From an uncultured Peptococcaceae bacterium (GTDB lineage Bacteria; Bacillota; Dehalobacteriia; UBA4068): DNA of 64,000 bases. Position 1 is the stretch's first letter; each line of letters begins with the position of its first letter. A program made the translations under genes and the position numbers. Shown here in pieces: positions 24,401-36,724 of this stretch. The notes beneath the pieces were generated by a model. The model worked only from the letters and a program-made list of their open reading frames with translations. It was not told where the DNA came from and did not search any database. The DNA is taken from NCBI GenBank assembly GCA_964372025.1, contig CAYJPF010000002.1:9999-73998 (forward strand). Reading direction: 5' to 3'.

Positions 24401-27400
24401 GCTAAGATGGGTAAAGGAAATGCTTCAACACAATTTAGTGCATCGAGGCATAGTAGTTATGGTAAACTTAGAACTAAGTGGGCACAAGCATTATCAGGCA
24501 AAATACTTAATGGAAATGCTACTATAAGTAAGTATTACATTAATAATGGAGGCAAAATTTCTTACAATAAAGAAGCATTTATTGCAAACTTTGCAACTGT
24601 GGCTAACGGGCGAATTGTATCTAACTTAGACTACGATAATCTATGAAGTGCTATGCGAGCGTTAGGAGTAGAAGAGGCGTATTTCCGAGAGAACCAAGAG
24701 GCACTGCATCGTAAAACTAATGCGATACTTGGACAAATTATGTCATCCTCATACTTTCCACCAATTCTAAGTGGGGACACAGAGACTCTAAATGTTTATT
24801 TTGATTCAGTCATAGATAATAAAATAGATTTTACTGAGAATAGTCATATTAATTTGGAGGACAAGATGATCTATGATGCAACATTACATAGTCATTTAAC
24901 AAAAACTATCTCGCAATTAATGCGGGTAACTACTCCTAATAGTGTAGAAGAGATATATGAAGTGATGCCCTGGCTTAATCCAGAGCACTGTGCTTACGTA
25001 ACTAATTCAAAGTGGTTAAAAGGTCTTCAAGAAGGCACTGTGACCAAGTTACATATGACTATATTGGAAGGTTCTAAAGAGACAGCTTCTGGAGTAGGCG
25101 TGCCATTTGATAAACTAAAGCCTGTTGATAAAGTAATCACTGTGCTTAATAGTATTCAATCTGGAATGTATCAATTAATGCGTCCTGCAGACAATGCTTC
25201 AGAAAGATTTATCAAAGTAGAAGGAGAGTTATTAGTACCTATTACTGCAGATAAGTCGGTGACTATATCTTTATTTAAGAATTATTTAATTGACGAATTA
25301 AATCGTACTCAAGAGGATAATACTGGGTATATTAATTTAGATAAAAATTCTAAAGAAGGATTTATTCTATCGGAATTATTAACCAAAGATCAACTATCAT
25401 ATTACGAAAATGAGTGGAAAAACTCGGGATCTCCACAAAATTTTGGGGAATGGGTAACATCTATGTACTCTGACGTTATTAGCAATAATATCTTGACATA
25501 TCTCAATAAACGAGTTAAAAGATTATTAAACTATCTTTCTGATAATAAAGTAATTTTTATATCAGGAGACCAAGTAGCTATTCGCGGATTACGTACTCCT
25601 AAAGCTACAATGGCTATGGGAGATTTTACTAGATGGTTGTTTAATACTGAGGCAAATTGAATGGCTGGGTTTATAGAGCAATCTAAATTATTCTTTGGTG
25701 ATCCAGCATATTATAAATCTCTTGCAGACGAGTTTAAACGACACTCTGGTGCAGTTGGTCCTAAAAAATATGCTAATACTTCTATTGAAGCTAATGTTGC
25801 TATACAAAAGCATTATAAGCGATTATTAGATGGAGCAGGCAATCTCATGGATAAAATCACGGGAACTAAACCTATTTATCGAACTGCTATATTTAACGAT
25901 GTTATGACTTACTCACAACAAATTGTATATATAGCGGATACTCTAGATAAAGATAATGCAGCCTACCAAAAAGCTAAAGCAAATAAAACTGACGACGCTT
26001 TGATAGAATGGATTATTTCTAATGCTAAGAAAGAAGGTTTAAAAAGTGCTGCGTACTTAGACATGACTGAAGGAGACGGATTCGGATATATATCCCTAGA
26101 TGCATATCGTGATTTAAAAGTTCGAGTAGGAGATTGGTCTGATGACGCTGAGAAACTATATCAATGGGAAGTATATGAATATAATAATACTCCTAAAAAG
26201 GACCGTACATACACAAATTCTTCGGGAGTAACAACATCGTTAAGATACGGAGATTGGGGAAAACAGGTATTTCATTCACTAAAGCCTCAATACTTTGGCC
26301 CTATGGCAGAGGTAGGATTTAGAACTACCATGTATAAAACTTCTTTGATGCCCTTATTGCCAAGTGTTATAAAGGGGAGAAACTTAGAGGCATTACATAA
26401 ACACATGGTGGATAATCAAGTAAGTATACTTACTCACTACTCTGCTAATAAAGGCGTTACTACTAAAACTAAGAATATAGACGGAGTTAATACTACTAAC
26501 TCATTCTATGATGTGCAAGGAAACTTTGGTATTCAAAATGGGTATTACTTGGGGGATCCTGGAGAATTCTTAACGCAGGATACTTATGTAGAAAACTGGG
26601 GTATTCAGGTAGACACAGGTGAGAAATCACACACTGATGTTATTACTGGTACTCAGATGATGGTGCATATTCTTAATGGCTTATTTGATGGAGGATCTAT
26701 TGCAGACGATGTTACTAAATCTCCTGAGGAAAAAGCATATATTCAAGATAGAGTAGATGAATATTTTGCTCTAAATAATGAACGCATTTCTTTAGGAGTA
26801 GAGAGGCTGAAGGATATATTAGGAGTAGATATAACAGGTTCTGAATATTCGTTCTCAAGAGAGGGAGTGGAGAAATTATTGGATATGCTCACTAATGACG
26901 CTATTACTCAAGACATGCCTGATAATTATTTTGAGGCGATTAATATTTTGAAAAAGCAGTCTCCAGAGAATGTTAAGTTAGACTTGCTTCCTAATAAAGA
27001 GGCTTTTGAAAGTACTTTATTGAGCATTGCTTCTAAGAATACTATCAAACAAAAGCGTAAAGGATTTGCAGCGCTTCAAGTAGCTGCTACTATGTGGGAA
27101 TCCGGTAGTCGTAAGAAGATAGGTGGGATGTTAGCAGGATCAGATCTTAAATTTGTAGTATCAACTTCTAAAGAGGGAGTTAGAACTTCTTCTATGGAAG
27201 TATATATACCAGATATTTATAAAGGCAAAATTAAGATAGGTGATGCAATAGACTCAAGATTACTCCAACTGATAGGATTTCGTATTCCTACACAGGGTTT
27301 ATCTTCTATTGATTCTATTATTGTTAAAGACTTCCTTCCTAAAGAAGCCGGTGATATTATAGTTCTTCCGACAGAAATTGTGGCAAAAGCAGGTTCTGAC

Positions 27401-29680
27401 TTCGATGCGGATAAAATGTATTTATATACTCCAAATTGGTTCTTCGATAAAGATGGTAATGTGGCTTATGTAGATTATGCTAATTGAGAAACACAATTTG
27501 AACAATTGTTATCTACAGATAGTAAAATTACTAGGGAAGAGTTTAAACAAATGGCTATTGAGAATAGGCTAGCTGAGATTCAGCAAGATTTAATTACTTT
27601 ACCGGGCAATACTTCAAATCTTATTGCTCCAGTGTCTTCAGATGTACTTGAGGACGCTGCTACAAAAGCAATGATAGCAGTGCATGGCGAAGATAATTAT
27701 GAGTCTTCTGCTGAATATTACAAGTCCAAATCACCGTTCTCAGCTATGACTGATCTTATTTATACTTCGGAAGTATCTGAAAATTATATGGCAGGTAAAG
27801 CTGAAGTAGGTATTACAGCATCTCAAGGTAAAATGGGAGTATACTGCTCTATCTTTGATTTAGGAGTAGTGTTATCGGAGAATGTCCCATCAAGAATAGC
27901 AGGAGTTCCCCAGGAGTCTTTGCCATTTAAAATAAATTTAGATGGAACTACTATTAAATTGGGTAATAAGTGAGATAATAGGGATAAGTATCCTATTGCT
28001 GAGATTATGAATCAGCTGATTACTATGGCGGTAGACGCTGCTAAGAGTCCTTTTGGTACTAACTTAGGAGCAGATCCTTCTACAGTAGGCATTCATACTA
28101 TGATGGCAATGGCAGGCGGAGATATGGAGCAACTAGCGTTATTTATGAATCAACCTATTATTAGGGAGTATCGTAAATTACAACAATTGCACGAGTCTCA
28201 AATGGCTCAAGAAAATTTTAGTTCCCCATTTGATCAACAGGCTGCTAATAAAGAGACTCGTTTGACTAAAGAGGGAATCGTTAAAAAATTAATGATTAAA
28301 TATGGTGCCAGCGAGAGTGGAGGTAAATTATCTGCGCCTATCACATTAAATCTAACTAATGAAAAACTATTAGACGGATTTAGCAAAGACGCTAAAGAGG
28401 CAATTAAGTATCAACCATTTATTCTGGATACATTCCTCAGATTATTAGACTACTCTAAAATTTTAGGAAAAGCTACTCAAGGAGCTACTTGGGATACGAA
28501 AGGAGGTGGCAAAACTTTATCAGAGACGCAAATTAAGCTACTTACTACTCAAGAGATTCTTGATAGTGGCGTGGTGACTAATTATGGTAAATTAGTAAAT
28601 TCTGGATACATTGCTCCATATAAAGAGGCTGCTGCAACTACGTTTAATATTTATAAAAATTTATTTGTAACATCTTCAGATGAATTACTTTCTGACTATA
28701 TTCTTAAATACGTTATGAGAAGACCTGGATCTACAGGAGACACTGTTAAACGTATGAATAAGTTAAAGAATGCAATATTAACTGCATTAGCATTAAACAC
28801 AGCTAATTCTAACGAAGTATATTTACGAGATAGACAAGAAGAATTGATGTTCGGGATCAATAATATCCCTACTTGGATTATGTCATTGAGGAATGATCCT
28901 AAATATTCAGGGAATGCATTGCTGTCACAATTAGTTCCAATACTATCTACAGGAGGAGAGTCTGATTTTAATTCTTTGAAGTTATTTGCAGACAAGGATA
29001 CTTTATCACAAAATGCTATTACGGAAGCATGGAGAGAACTACAAGTTATTTTTGGTAATAATAAAATGGATGATTTAATGGCGTTTGCCTTACTTCAATC
29101 GGGATTATCTCCTTCCCCACTAAATTTCTCAAAAATAATTCCTGCGGATAGATATTATAATATGCTTATGCCACTTATTCAGGGTGGTATAAATTCTGGT
29201 GTACATGCGGATATCCTTTATAATAATTTCGAGGTGGCAGTAGAATTAGCTTATTATAATGACCCTTTGTTTACGTCTAATCGTAAGTCTCCTATTACTA
29301 GCCTAAAGAAAGTATTTAATAAGGAGACGGGCCTCAATAATATTGTATATATGCCTCCTAAGGCGGATAATAAGCAGCCTGCTAATATATTTATTGATGC
29401 GGTGACTCATATAGATTATGCAAGAAATAAATCTTATGCATACTTTAATTATGCTCCTGGTAGTAAATTAATTGCTGCTCTAAATAAGTATAAGGAAGCC
29501 TTTGTTGAGGAAGTAAAAAGTACTCCTACGCAGGATGGCTCTACAAACAGTTCTTCTGTAGACCAAACTTCTTCTGAATTAACAGCAATTATTCAGGCGG
29601 ATCAAGTTACTTCTGAGGAGAAGGTGGAAAATAACGCACTAAATCCAGATAGCTCTATAGCTGAACAAAAATGTAAATAA
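18437..29680 (+). CDS. giant virion protein, 3747 aa; candidate virion-packaged RNA polymerase (two-barrel type)
   Basis: Six track ORFs (18437, 22151, 24653, 25661, 27506, 28007) are all in frame 2 and separated only by TGA, at 22115, 24644, 25658, 27485 and 27971. The stop is TAA at 29678-29680. It contains SDFDADKM (27398-27418), which resembles the universal beta-prime NADFDGDQM catalytic motif. There is an HEAFH zincin-like motif, and a Pro/Glu/Thr-rich linker near 20.7-20.8 kb. Confidence 0.65.
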
Positions 29681-29681
29681 T

Positions 29682-32600
29682 ATGAAATGTCCAAATGTAA
29701 AATCTACAGAGTGGAAAACTTTAGTAGATAGATTTGGAGAAAGCATTGCATGGTCGTTGTACGACGTGGTTGGGGATGTCCCCAACCTCCGTACAGCGTT
29801 ATCCATAGTAAAAGACAATGGTATCTCCTACTCTACATTATCTACAGAAAAATTACAATCATTGGGCGTGATTGATTCTTTAGGTAATATTAAAGTATTC
29901 ACTAATAAAACAAGTGTAGATAATAAAGTTGAAGAATTACGCAACTCAAATCGTAGACTACGGGTAGTGGCTAAGAAATTATCTTCTAAGGATAATTCAT
30001 ATACTATTGATGTAGCAGAGATTAAAACATCTCAAGAGATATTTAAAGCTACTCCCAAAATTAAAACTCCTACTAAATCTTCTACTATTTTAAATAGTGA
30101 AGATGCTGTAAAAGAGTTAGAAAAAACTATTGTAAAATGGTTAGATAATGTTGGAGTTAGTTATGAGAAAGTCTCTGAAATTAAAGATGCTTCTGGAAAT
30201 CCTATAAATGCCCTGGGAATAGCAGATATGCTTCAGAAAGTTATCAGGGTAGTGGAAGGTAAGGCTACAGTAGAGACGCTGTCAGAAGAGGCTGCACACA
30301 TGTTTGTGAGGATGCTGCCTAAGAATCACCCATTATATCAAAGAATGGCTAATTTAGCTGTTAATAGTGCTACTTATCAGTCTGTAAAGGATGAGTACTC
30401 TTCTATGTACGATTCTGAAGAAGCATTTGTTGAGGAGACTATAGGTAAGCTTATTGCCCAAGAGATTAGTAATGTTTGAGATAGTAACTCATCTAAATAT
30501 ATAGAGGAAACTTCTGAAGTCAAAGGGGGGGTAGCCAACCTATTTAATAGATTAGCTACTTGGTTTAATAATCTCTTGAATAAATTAGGATTATCTTCTG
30601 AGAAATTGCAAGAGCAAACTTCTCCATTTATAATGGCTGCAGATCAAATCTTATCCACTCAGACTACTGGATTAGATACTCTTAGGCAAGATGGGCAAAC
30701 TGTATTTTATAGTATGCCTCAAGATGCATTTGCCAACCGAGAGGAAATATTGGATTATCTAAATACTGTTCCTATCACATATGACTCTACTGGACAAGTA
30801 TATAGACATAATAATGGCAATGTAGTATCTAGGCGTGTCTCAGATATTCTTGATAGATTTTATAAAATTAAATTTAAATTCTTTAAAGAACGCCCTACTT
30901 CTCAGAAGAACACTTTATCTCTACATAAAGGATCTGCGATACATAAATACGCAGAGCTTATTATGAATGAGCTATTAGATGGAAATGATTCTCCGTCATA
31001 TAGTGCGATTACTTCTAAAGTATTAGTAGCATTTGATGATATAGAAGCAGGTGCAGAATCAGTGTTTAGATTAGATCCCCAACATTTTGAAATAATTGCT
31101 AACGGAGTTAAAAATATCTTTGCCGCTATTCAAAAGAATCAAGATCTTATTAATGAACAAACAGGCAATGTAGATGGAACTGTGTCTATAATGACTGAGC
31201 ACATGATTTATGATGAAAAGAGGGATTTGGCAGGAACAGTAGATGTATTGTGTGTATACTCCAATGGAACCATTGGTATATATGATTATAAGACTCATAA
31301 TTTTGTAACCAATGAGCAGGGAGAAGTACTAAGTACTATCTCACAGTCAAAAAGAGATATGTGGGGGGCACAAATTACTCAATATAAGAATATTATTACA
31401 GATTCCATTGTTAGAAATTCTAAAGCTAAAGGTAAAGTTGTTAAAGTTAGATTTGCAGAAACGCGTATGTTGCCTGTAAACATTCAATTTAACCCGTCTT
31501 TATTGAGGATAAAAGGTATGCCCTATAGTCCTGTAGGATTGGCATCATTAGAATTCCAAGATTACTCTAAAAGCTATCTTATGGATGTACCTGTAGCTGA
31601 AGAGCTTTCACACGTAGATTCTCTTAATAATAGTTTAATTAAACTATATAGTCTATTAAAAGCTCAGAAGAAAAAGTACTCACAAGAAAAAACTATAGCT
31701 AATAAAAATAAGCTTCTCCAAACTCAAAAACTCATTGATACTTATTTAGTACAAAAGGATTACTATTATTCTATAATGGAAATTAAGAATATCGACACTG
31801 AATTTCGAAAGAATGTACTTATTCATAGGGATAGTGGGGTAGGACTAACTGCGGAGAAATTAAATGATTATCGCACTCGCGTAGAAACATTGCTAGACTT
31901 TATGACTGCAATTGATACTACCATTCCTGAGGATTCTCCTGTACGCAAAGATATCCATGAAGCCGTAGGTTTGGGAGCTAGTCTTATAAACTCTATAAGT
32001 GAGAGCGCTGTGGATTTACTCAGAGAAATTACTGGCGTTGACATATCAGTAAGTGGAGAAAAGATGGGCTTTGTAGATAATGAGCTTACTGCTTTATTTG
32101 AGCAAAAAGGCCAATCTTTTAGAGCATTAAATAATTTAATCTCCGGAGTGATTAATAATACCCAAGCTGACTATAAAGAGTTTGGGGAGCAATTAACTAA
32201 ATATCACAATGAGTTATTAGAATGAGCCAAATCTAAAAATATTAATCTTCAAGATGCTTTTAATAAAATTATAGACACTTCTAGAGGATCGCTAATCAAT
32301 AGATTTAATAAAGATTTTTACGATCATCTTGCTACCATTCGAGGTAAGAAAAACTACGAGGCTGATCCGCAATTATTAAAATTATTCCAATTGACTATTA
32401 ATGCTGACACAGGATTTTATGAATATACAGATGACGCTTTAATAGACTACAATGATGCTGTTGCTAAATGGGAGAAGCAGCTAACTGATTCTACAGGAAC
32501 CCGTTTGGAGGAAGAGACTCGCACCGCTTATAAGTTATGGGATCTAGAGAATAATCCTAAATGGGCTTCAGCTCGTCTTTCTCCTAAGAATAAGTTTATG

Positions 32601-34763
32601 AGAGACAAGTATATTAGGGACGATGCTGTGATAGAGGCAGGATGAATGAATCCTGTGTATAAAGAGATTATTTCTGAGAAACCACTATTAAATTATTACA
32701 ATTTTTATGTGCGTTTTAACAGAATGGCAGAGTTACTAACGGGTTCTTCCATCTCATATAAATTTATTCCTAATATGCGCAAGACTCTTGTGGAAGGATT
32801 GCTCAACAATGGTGTGTCTGCATTTGGCAAAATGAGGTCTTTCACATTAGAAGCACTAGAGACTACTGCACAAGATGATGTGGTTTATAAGTTGAGTGAT
32901 GAGGAACAAGCACTAGATGCCCAAAATAAGCCTATTAAGAAGATTCCTGTGCATTTCGTAGACCCATTGAAAGATAGGCTCACTAAGGCAGAAGAAGAGG
33001 AAATTAAGGCCTCTATTACGGCAGAGCCTGGCAGTGCTGAATATAACGCAATATTTAATGCTAAAAAATTAGACTTAGCTAAACGTAAATTTAATGAGGA
33101 CTCTAAGTCGTACGATCTTAGTTATTTGTTAATGAAGATGGCAGAATCTGTGTACTCTTATAAACATACTAAGCAAGTAGAAGCTGCAGCACAGTTATTA
33201 TTAGCCACTGCTAAGACTGATAAAGTTAGTACTACCTTGGAGAAGAATAAAAATCCTTATATTGATGAATGGCGAGGAAGATTAAAATTCCATCTTGGAA
33301 TATCTTCAGAAGAGATTAGTGCTTTAGAAAGATCTATCAATCTCTATATCTATAAACAGCGCATTCAGAACGATACTACTTTTACAATAGGCGGCAAAGA
33401 ATATTCTACTGCTAAAGCAGTCACATCATTTATTAATTCTGCTACTATTGCTACATTAGGATTTTCCCCAATAACTGCGGCGGCAGCAGGTATTCAAAAT
33501 GCTATAAATGCTAGATTATTGGCTGTAGAGGGAAGGTACTATGATAAACAAGCTTGGAAGAAGGGCAATAAACTAAAGAAGCAAAATCCTAAAGTTTATC
33601 ATGCTTTACAAGAGTTATTAGGAGTGTCTAACATTGGATATTATCACGAAACTAGTATGCAATTTGCTGCCAATAAGATGAAAAAAATTATTTCAGGTGA
33701 TACCACTATGACTATGGTTAAAGGAGCGGATGATAGTGCGGATAGAGCCACTTTAGCAGCATTGGTACATTCTTGGGGATGAGATTCTTCAACAAATAAA
33801 ATAGTTAGTTTGCAAAAAAATCCTTCTGCTACTCCAATAGTAGACTTAATCTCTATAGATTCTAATGGAAAGCCCGTGTTAGAGGGCGTTACTCAGAAGG
33901 AGTTAAGTAGATTTAAACAGATTGTAGCCAAAGTAGGAATGGCGGTTAAAGGTACTATTCCTTCGGAATATGCTTATTTAGGAACTACTACTATAGCTGG
34001 TAGAGGATTAGCCCATTATAAATCGTGGATTCCAGGAGCTGTTAAAACTAGGTATAAAAAATTAGCGTATGACGCAGTTACAGAAGAATTTGATGACGGT
34101 AGATTACGAGTAATGTTCTCAGACTTAGTAGGAAGCACTGAGTATATGATTAAAGGATTCAGAAACGCAATTATACGGTCTTTGCCTATAATTGGTTATG
34201 TGTTCAGTGATAAACTAGGCACTAATGAAAAATACGCTCGTAAATTATATGAAGAGTATTTTGCAATGCGCCCTGATTTAAATGAAGCAGATTTTACTTT
34301 TGAGCAATTTATTGACATGCGTCTTAAAAAGTTAAAAGCTGCGGGTACTGAGATTCAATCTACTATATTATTCTTTCTAATAGCCCTAATGCTTAAAGCA
34401 ATGGCACCAGACGAAGATGAAGATGCTGTAGCAATTTTAGCTCATCAAAATCTATATAGATTACTGTATAAGAGCTATGTGGAGTTATCTTTCTTCACTA
34501 ATCCTCTTAGTATTAGTGAAATCTTAGAATCTCCCTTTCCCGCTATTAGTACTCTCAATAATATAATTCGAGCTATGAATAATACTTTAGATGAAAGTAG
34601 GGACATAGTGTTTGGAGAAGATTACAAAGGTAGTTTAATATGGGAGGAAGACAAAGACGATACCTCTCCTATAGGTAAATATTCTACAAAACTTATTCCT
34701 GGAGTAAACGCTGCTCTCGGTGTATTGGATGTATATGATACATTCTCTTATAATAATAGATAG
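29682..34763 (+). CDS. giant late protein, 1693 aa, with an internal RecB/Cas4-like PD-(D/E)XK nuclease domain
   Basis: Track ORFs 29682, 30576, 32391, 32646 and 33810 are all in frame 0 and joined across TGA at 30477, 32223, 32643 and 33780. The stop is TAG at 34761-34763. Nuclease motifs: GSAIHKYAE, MIYDEKRDLAGTVDVLCVY, IYDYKTH and GAQITQYKNI (QxxxY). Confidence 0.65.
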
Positions 34764-34773
34764 ACTGAAGTCT

Positions 34774-34816
34774 AAAAAAAAGTCCCCAATAGGTATTTAC
34801 CTACTGGGGATTTTTT
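34774..34816. terminator. bidirectional rho-independent terminator at the convergence of the two arms
   Basis: A-run, then GTCCCCAATAGGTA-TTT-ACCTACTGGGGAT (13-bp stem, 1 mismatch), then a T-run. It lies between the last + gene (ends 34763) and the last - gene (ends 34815). Confidence 0.6.
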
Positions 34817-35129
34817 AGTTTATAGGTATATCAATAACAATAGTATTGTGCCCGTATTTTGCGGGCTCTTTTGTTATGTAATATCCTACAACAGAGTTGA
34901 ACGTATGTACTCCTGAAGAAGCTTTTCTATATATATCAAATACATCAGGGCATTTGGTAGGAATTTGTTCATCATACACTGTCCAAATTCTACTATTATT
35001 TATCCCTAATGCGAGAAGCTTTGGTAAGTCTCCTCTGTGATATAATATGCCGTTATTGGGAGCATTTAAGAAGAATTGATTTATAATAGGTTCATATTCT
35101 TCTCTCCACTCGTTATACTTAATCTCCAT
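34815..35129 (-). CDS. hypothetical protein (104 aa)
   Basis: Clean ORF with a TAA stop. Confidence 0.55.
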   Translation of the reverse strand: MEIKYNEWREEYEPIINQFFLNAPNNGILYHRGDLPKLLALGINNSRIWTVYDEQIPTKCPDVFDIYRKASSGVHTFNSVVGYYITKEPAKYGHNTIVIDIPIN

Positions 35130-35691
35130 CTACACTCCGGTATTTAATTAAATCCTGCTGAAATGCTTCTGTTGAAGCGTATCCACAGGTATTGTCTACT
35201 TCTGGACAAAAACCACGATATATGCATTCCGGTTGACACTTACTAACAAGTATTGGATCAACTACATTAACCGCCTCTAATACCTTATTCCAAGCTGATC
35301 TAGTCTCCGAAGAAGCTAGTCTACAACATCTCTTTCTAGAGATGTTAATCATGGCTTGGGCATTAGCAGTCATGTCCATATTATTTAAAGTGCCTTGGGG
35401 CAAAGTATTTCTGTTAAACACTTCCTCATTACGATCTACCCGTTGAGTACGAACAAACTTCTCCGTTCCAACATGATGCCTTACGAAGTGGGCCGTCACC
35501 CATTGCGGGATGTTCTCCCAAGTTCAATCATATTCAACTAATCTAATAGGACTGTGTTCCGCAAGAAGCATTTTCCTCTTGAACCTATCAGAAGGTTCTT
35601 TCTCTAAAGGCTCTTTACCGACCGTTCTGCGGGCAGCATTAAGAGCACGTGTTCACGAAGTAACTTGGTTAAAGAATTTAATCTTGGTCAT
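35119..35691 (-). CDS. thyX: flavin-dependent thymidylate synthase family (ThyX-like), divergent, with a C-terminal Cys cluster (TGA at 35524 and 35653)
   Basis: The track ORF 35119-35499 extends upstream through two TGA codons to ATG 35689-35691. It shows ThyX-like patterns: AEHSP…W.W…P.WV…FVRHHVGTEKFVRTQRV against the ThyX motif RHRxxSxxxxSxRY. It also has TANAQAMINISRKR…AW, plus C-x2-C-x6-C-x6-C at the C-terminus. Confidence 0.5.
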
Positions 35692-35878
35692 TTACATCTA
35701 AATTACGTAGTTTATGCTTAGAAAAACGTCGTTCGCGACGTTTACCTTGCTCCATCCAAGTATCTACGGATGTAAATTTTCTCTTTCTTCGCTCCGTACG
35801 ATTACGTGCACGTTGTTCTTGCAGATCTTCTTCAGCAAATCCATCTGCGTATCTCAAAATCAATCGTTTACCTCTCAT
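35678..35878 (-). CDS. small basic (Arg/Lys-rich) hypothetical protein
   Basis: 66-aa ORF with a TAA stop. It overlaps the ThyX start by 14 nt. Confidence 0.4.
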   Translation of the reverse strand: MRGKRLILRYADGFAEEDLQEQRARNRTERRKRKFTSVDTWMEQGKRRERRFSKHKLRNLDVNDQD

Positions 35879-36122
35879 TATTCCAAATTAAAGTATCATC
35901 GTCTGTAAATAGCTCCACAGTTGCTTGGCAACCATTCTCCTCTACAGTAATATTTTCAGAAGATTCTATAATATAACCATTCTCTTCTTGCTCTTTAACA
36001 AAATCAAAATGAAGAAGAGCATATTCCAGCTCTTCTTTAGGTTTATTTAGAAAATCTTCTGGGAGAAGATCTTCGTCAATATGGTACCTATACCATATAG
36101 TTTGTTTAATATCTACATACAT
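35868..36122 (-). CDS. small acidic hypothetical protein
   Basis: 84-aa ORF with ATG 36120-36122 and TAA 35868-35870. Confidence 0.45.
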   Translation of the reverse strand: MYVDIKQTIWYRYHIDEDLLPEDFLNKPKEELEYALLHFDFVKEQEENGYIIESSENITVEENGCQATVELFTDDDTLIWNNER

Positions 36123-36712
36123 TTTATTATACCTTGTTTAATCATAATTTCTGTCACAGAATGAGCTAGCTCTCCTATAGACCCATTATTATTAATCACA
36201 TAATCCCAGTCTGAATAATCGTCTAATTCAATCTCGGAATCATGTGTATCAGTGGAAGTAGAGTTTCTATTGAGTCGAATCAAGATGCCGCCCCTTTGTT
36301 TAATTGCATCAGCTTCATTCTTATACCTAACATCTGTAATTATCCAATTTTGATGCTTATAATCATGAAATAATTTATTGATCCAATAACTTTCTCCAAA
36401 TGTTTTCCTTCCAAAAGTTCCTACTTTTTGCAACACTTCTCGAATTGTTATTTTTTCCTCAGCATACTTCACTTTCATAGCTTTTGTTGCCTCAAATTCA
36501 AATAATTCTATGGGAATCCCTGTGTATAGAGACGCAATTTCCTTAACTCCTTGGGCAAATGATTTGGGAGTAAAGGAGCCATTCGGAGAACTCGATCCTC
36601 GACCTTCTAATAAGGCTTCTAAACCATAATTTCGTTCCGCATCAATGGTGTTCCATATAGTTGCAACTGTGTTTTTACCAGACTGCTTTTTACCTGATAT
36701 TCCTACTAACAT
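36113..36712 (-). CDS. deoxynucleoside monophosphate kinase-like P-loop kinase
   Basis: Walker A GISGKKQSGKNT. Architecture resembles T4 gp1 dNMP kinase (…FGESYWINKLF…ITDVRYKNE…). Confidence 0.55.
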   Translation of the reverse strand: MLVGISGKKQSGKNTVATIWNTIDAERNYGLEALLEGRGSSSPNGSFTPKSFAQGVKEIASLYTGIPIELFEFEATKAMKVKYAEEKITIREVLQKVGTFGRKTFGESYWINKLFHDYKHQNWIITDVRYKNEADAIKQRGGILIRLNRNSTSTDTHDSEIELDDYSDWDYVINNNGSIGELAHSVTEIMIKQGIIKCM

Positions 36713-36724
36713 AATAAATTTATT

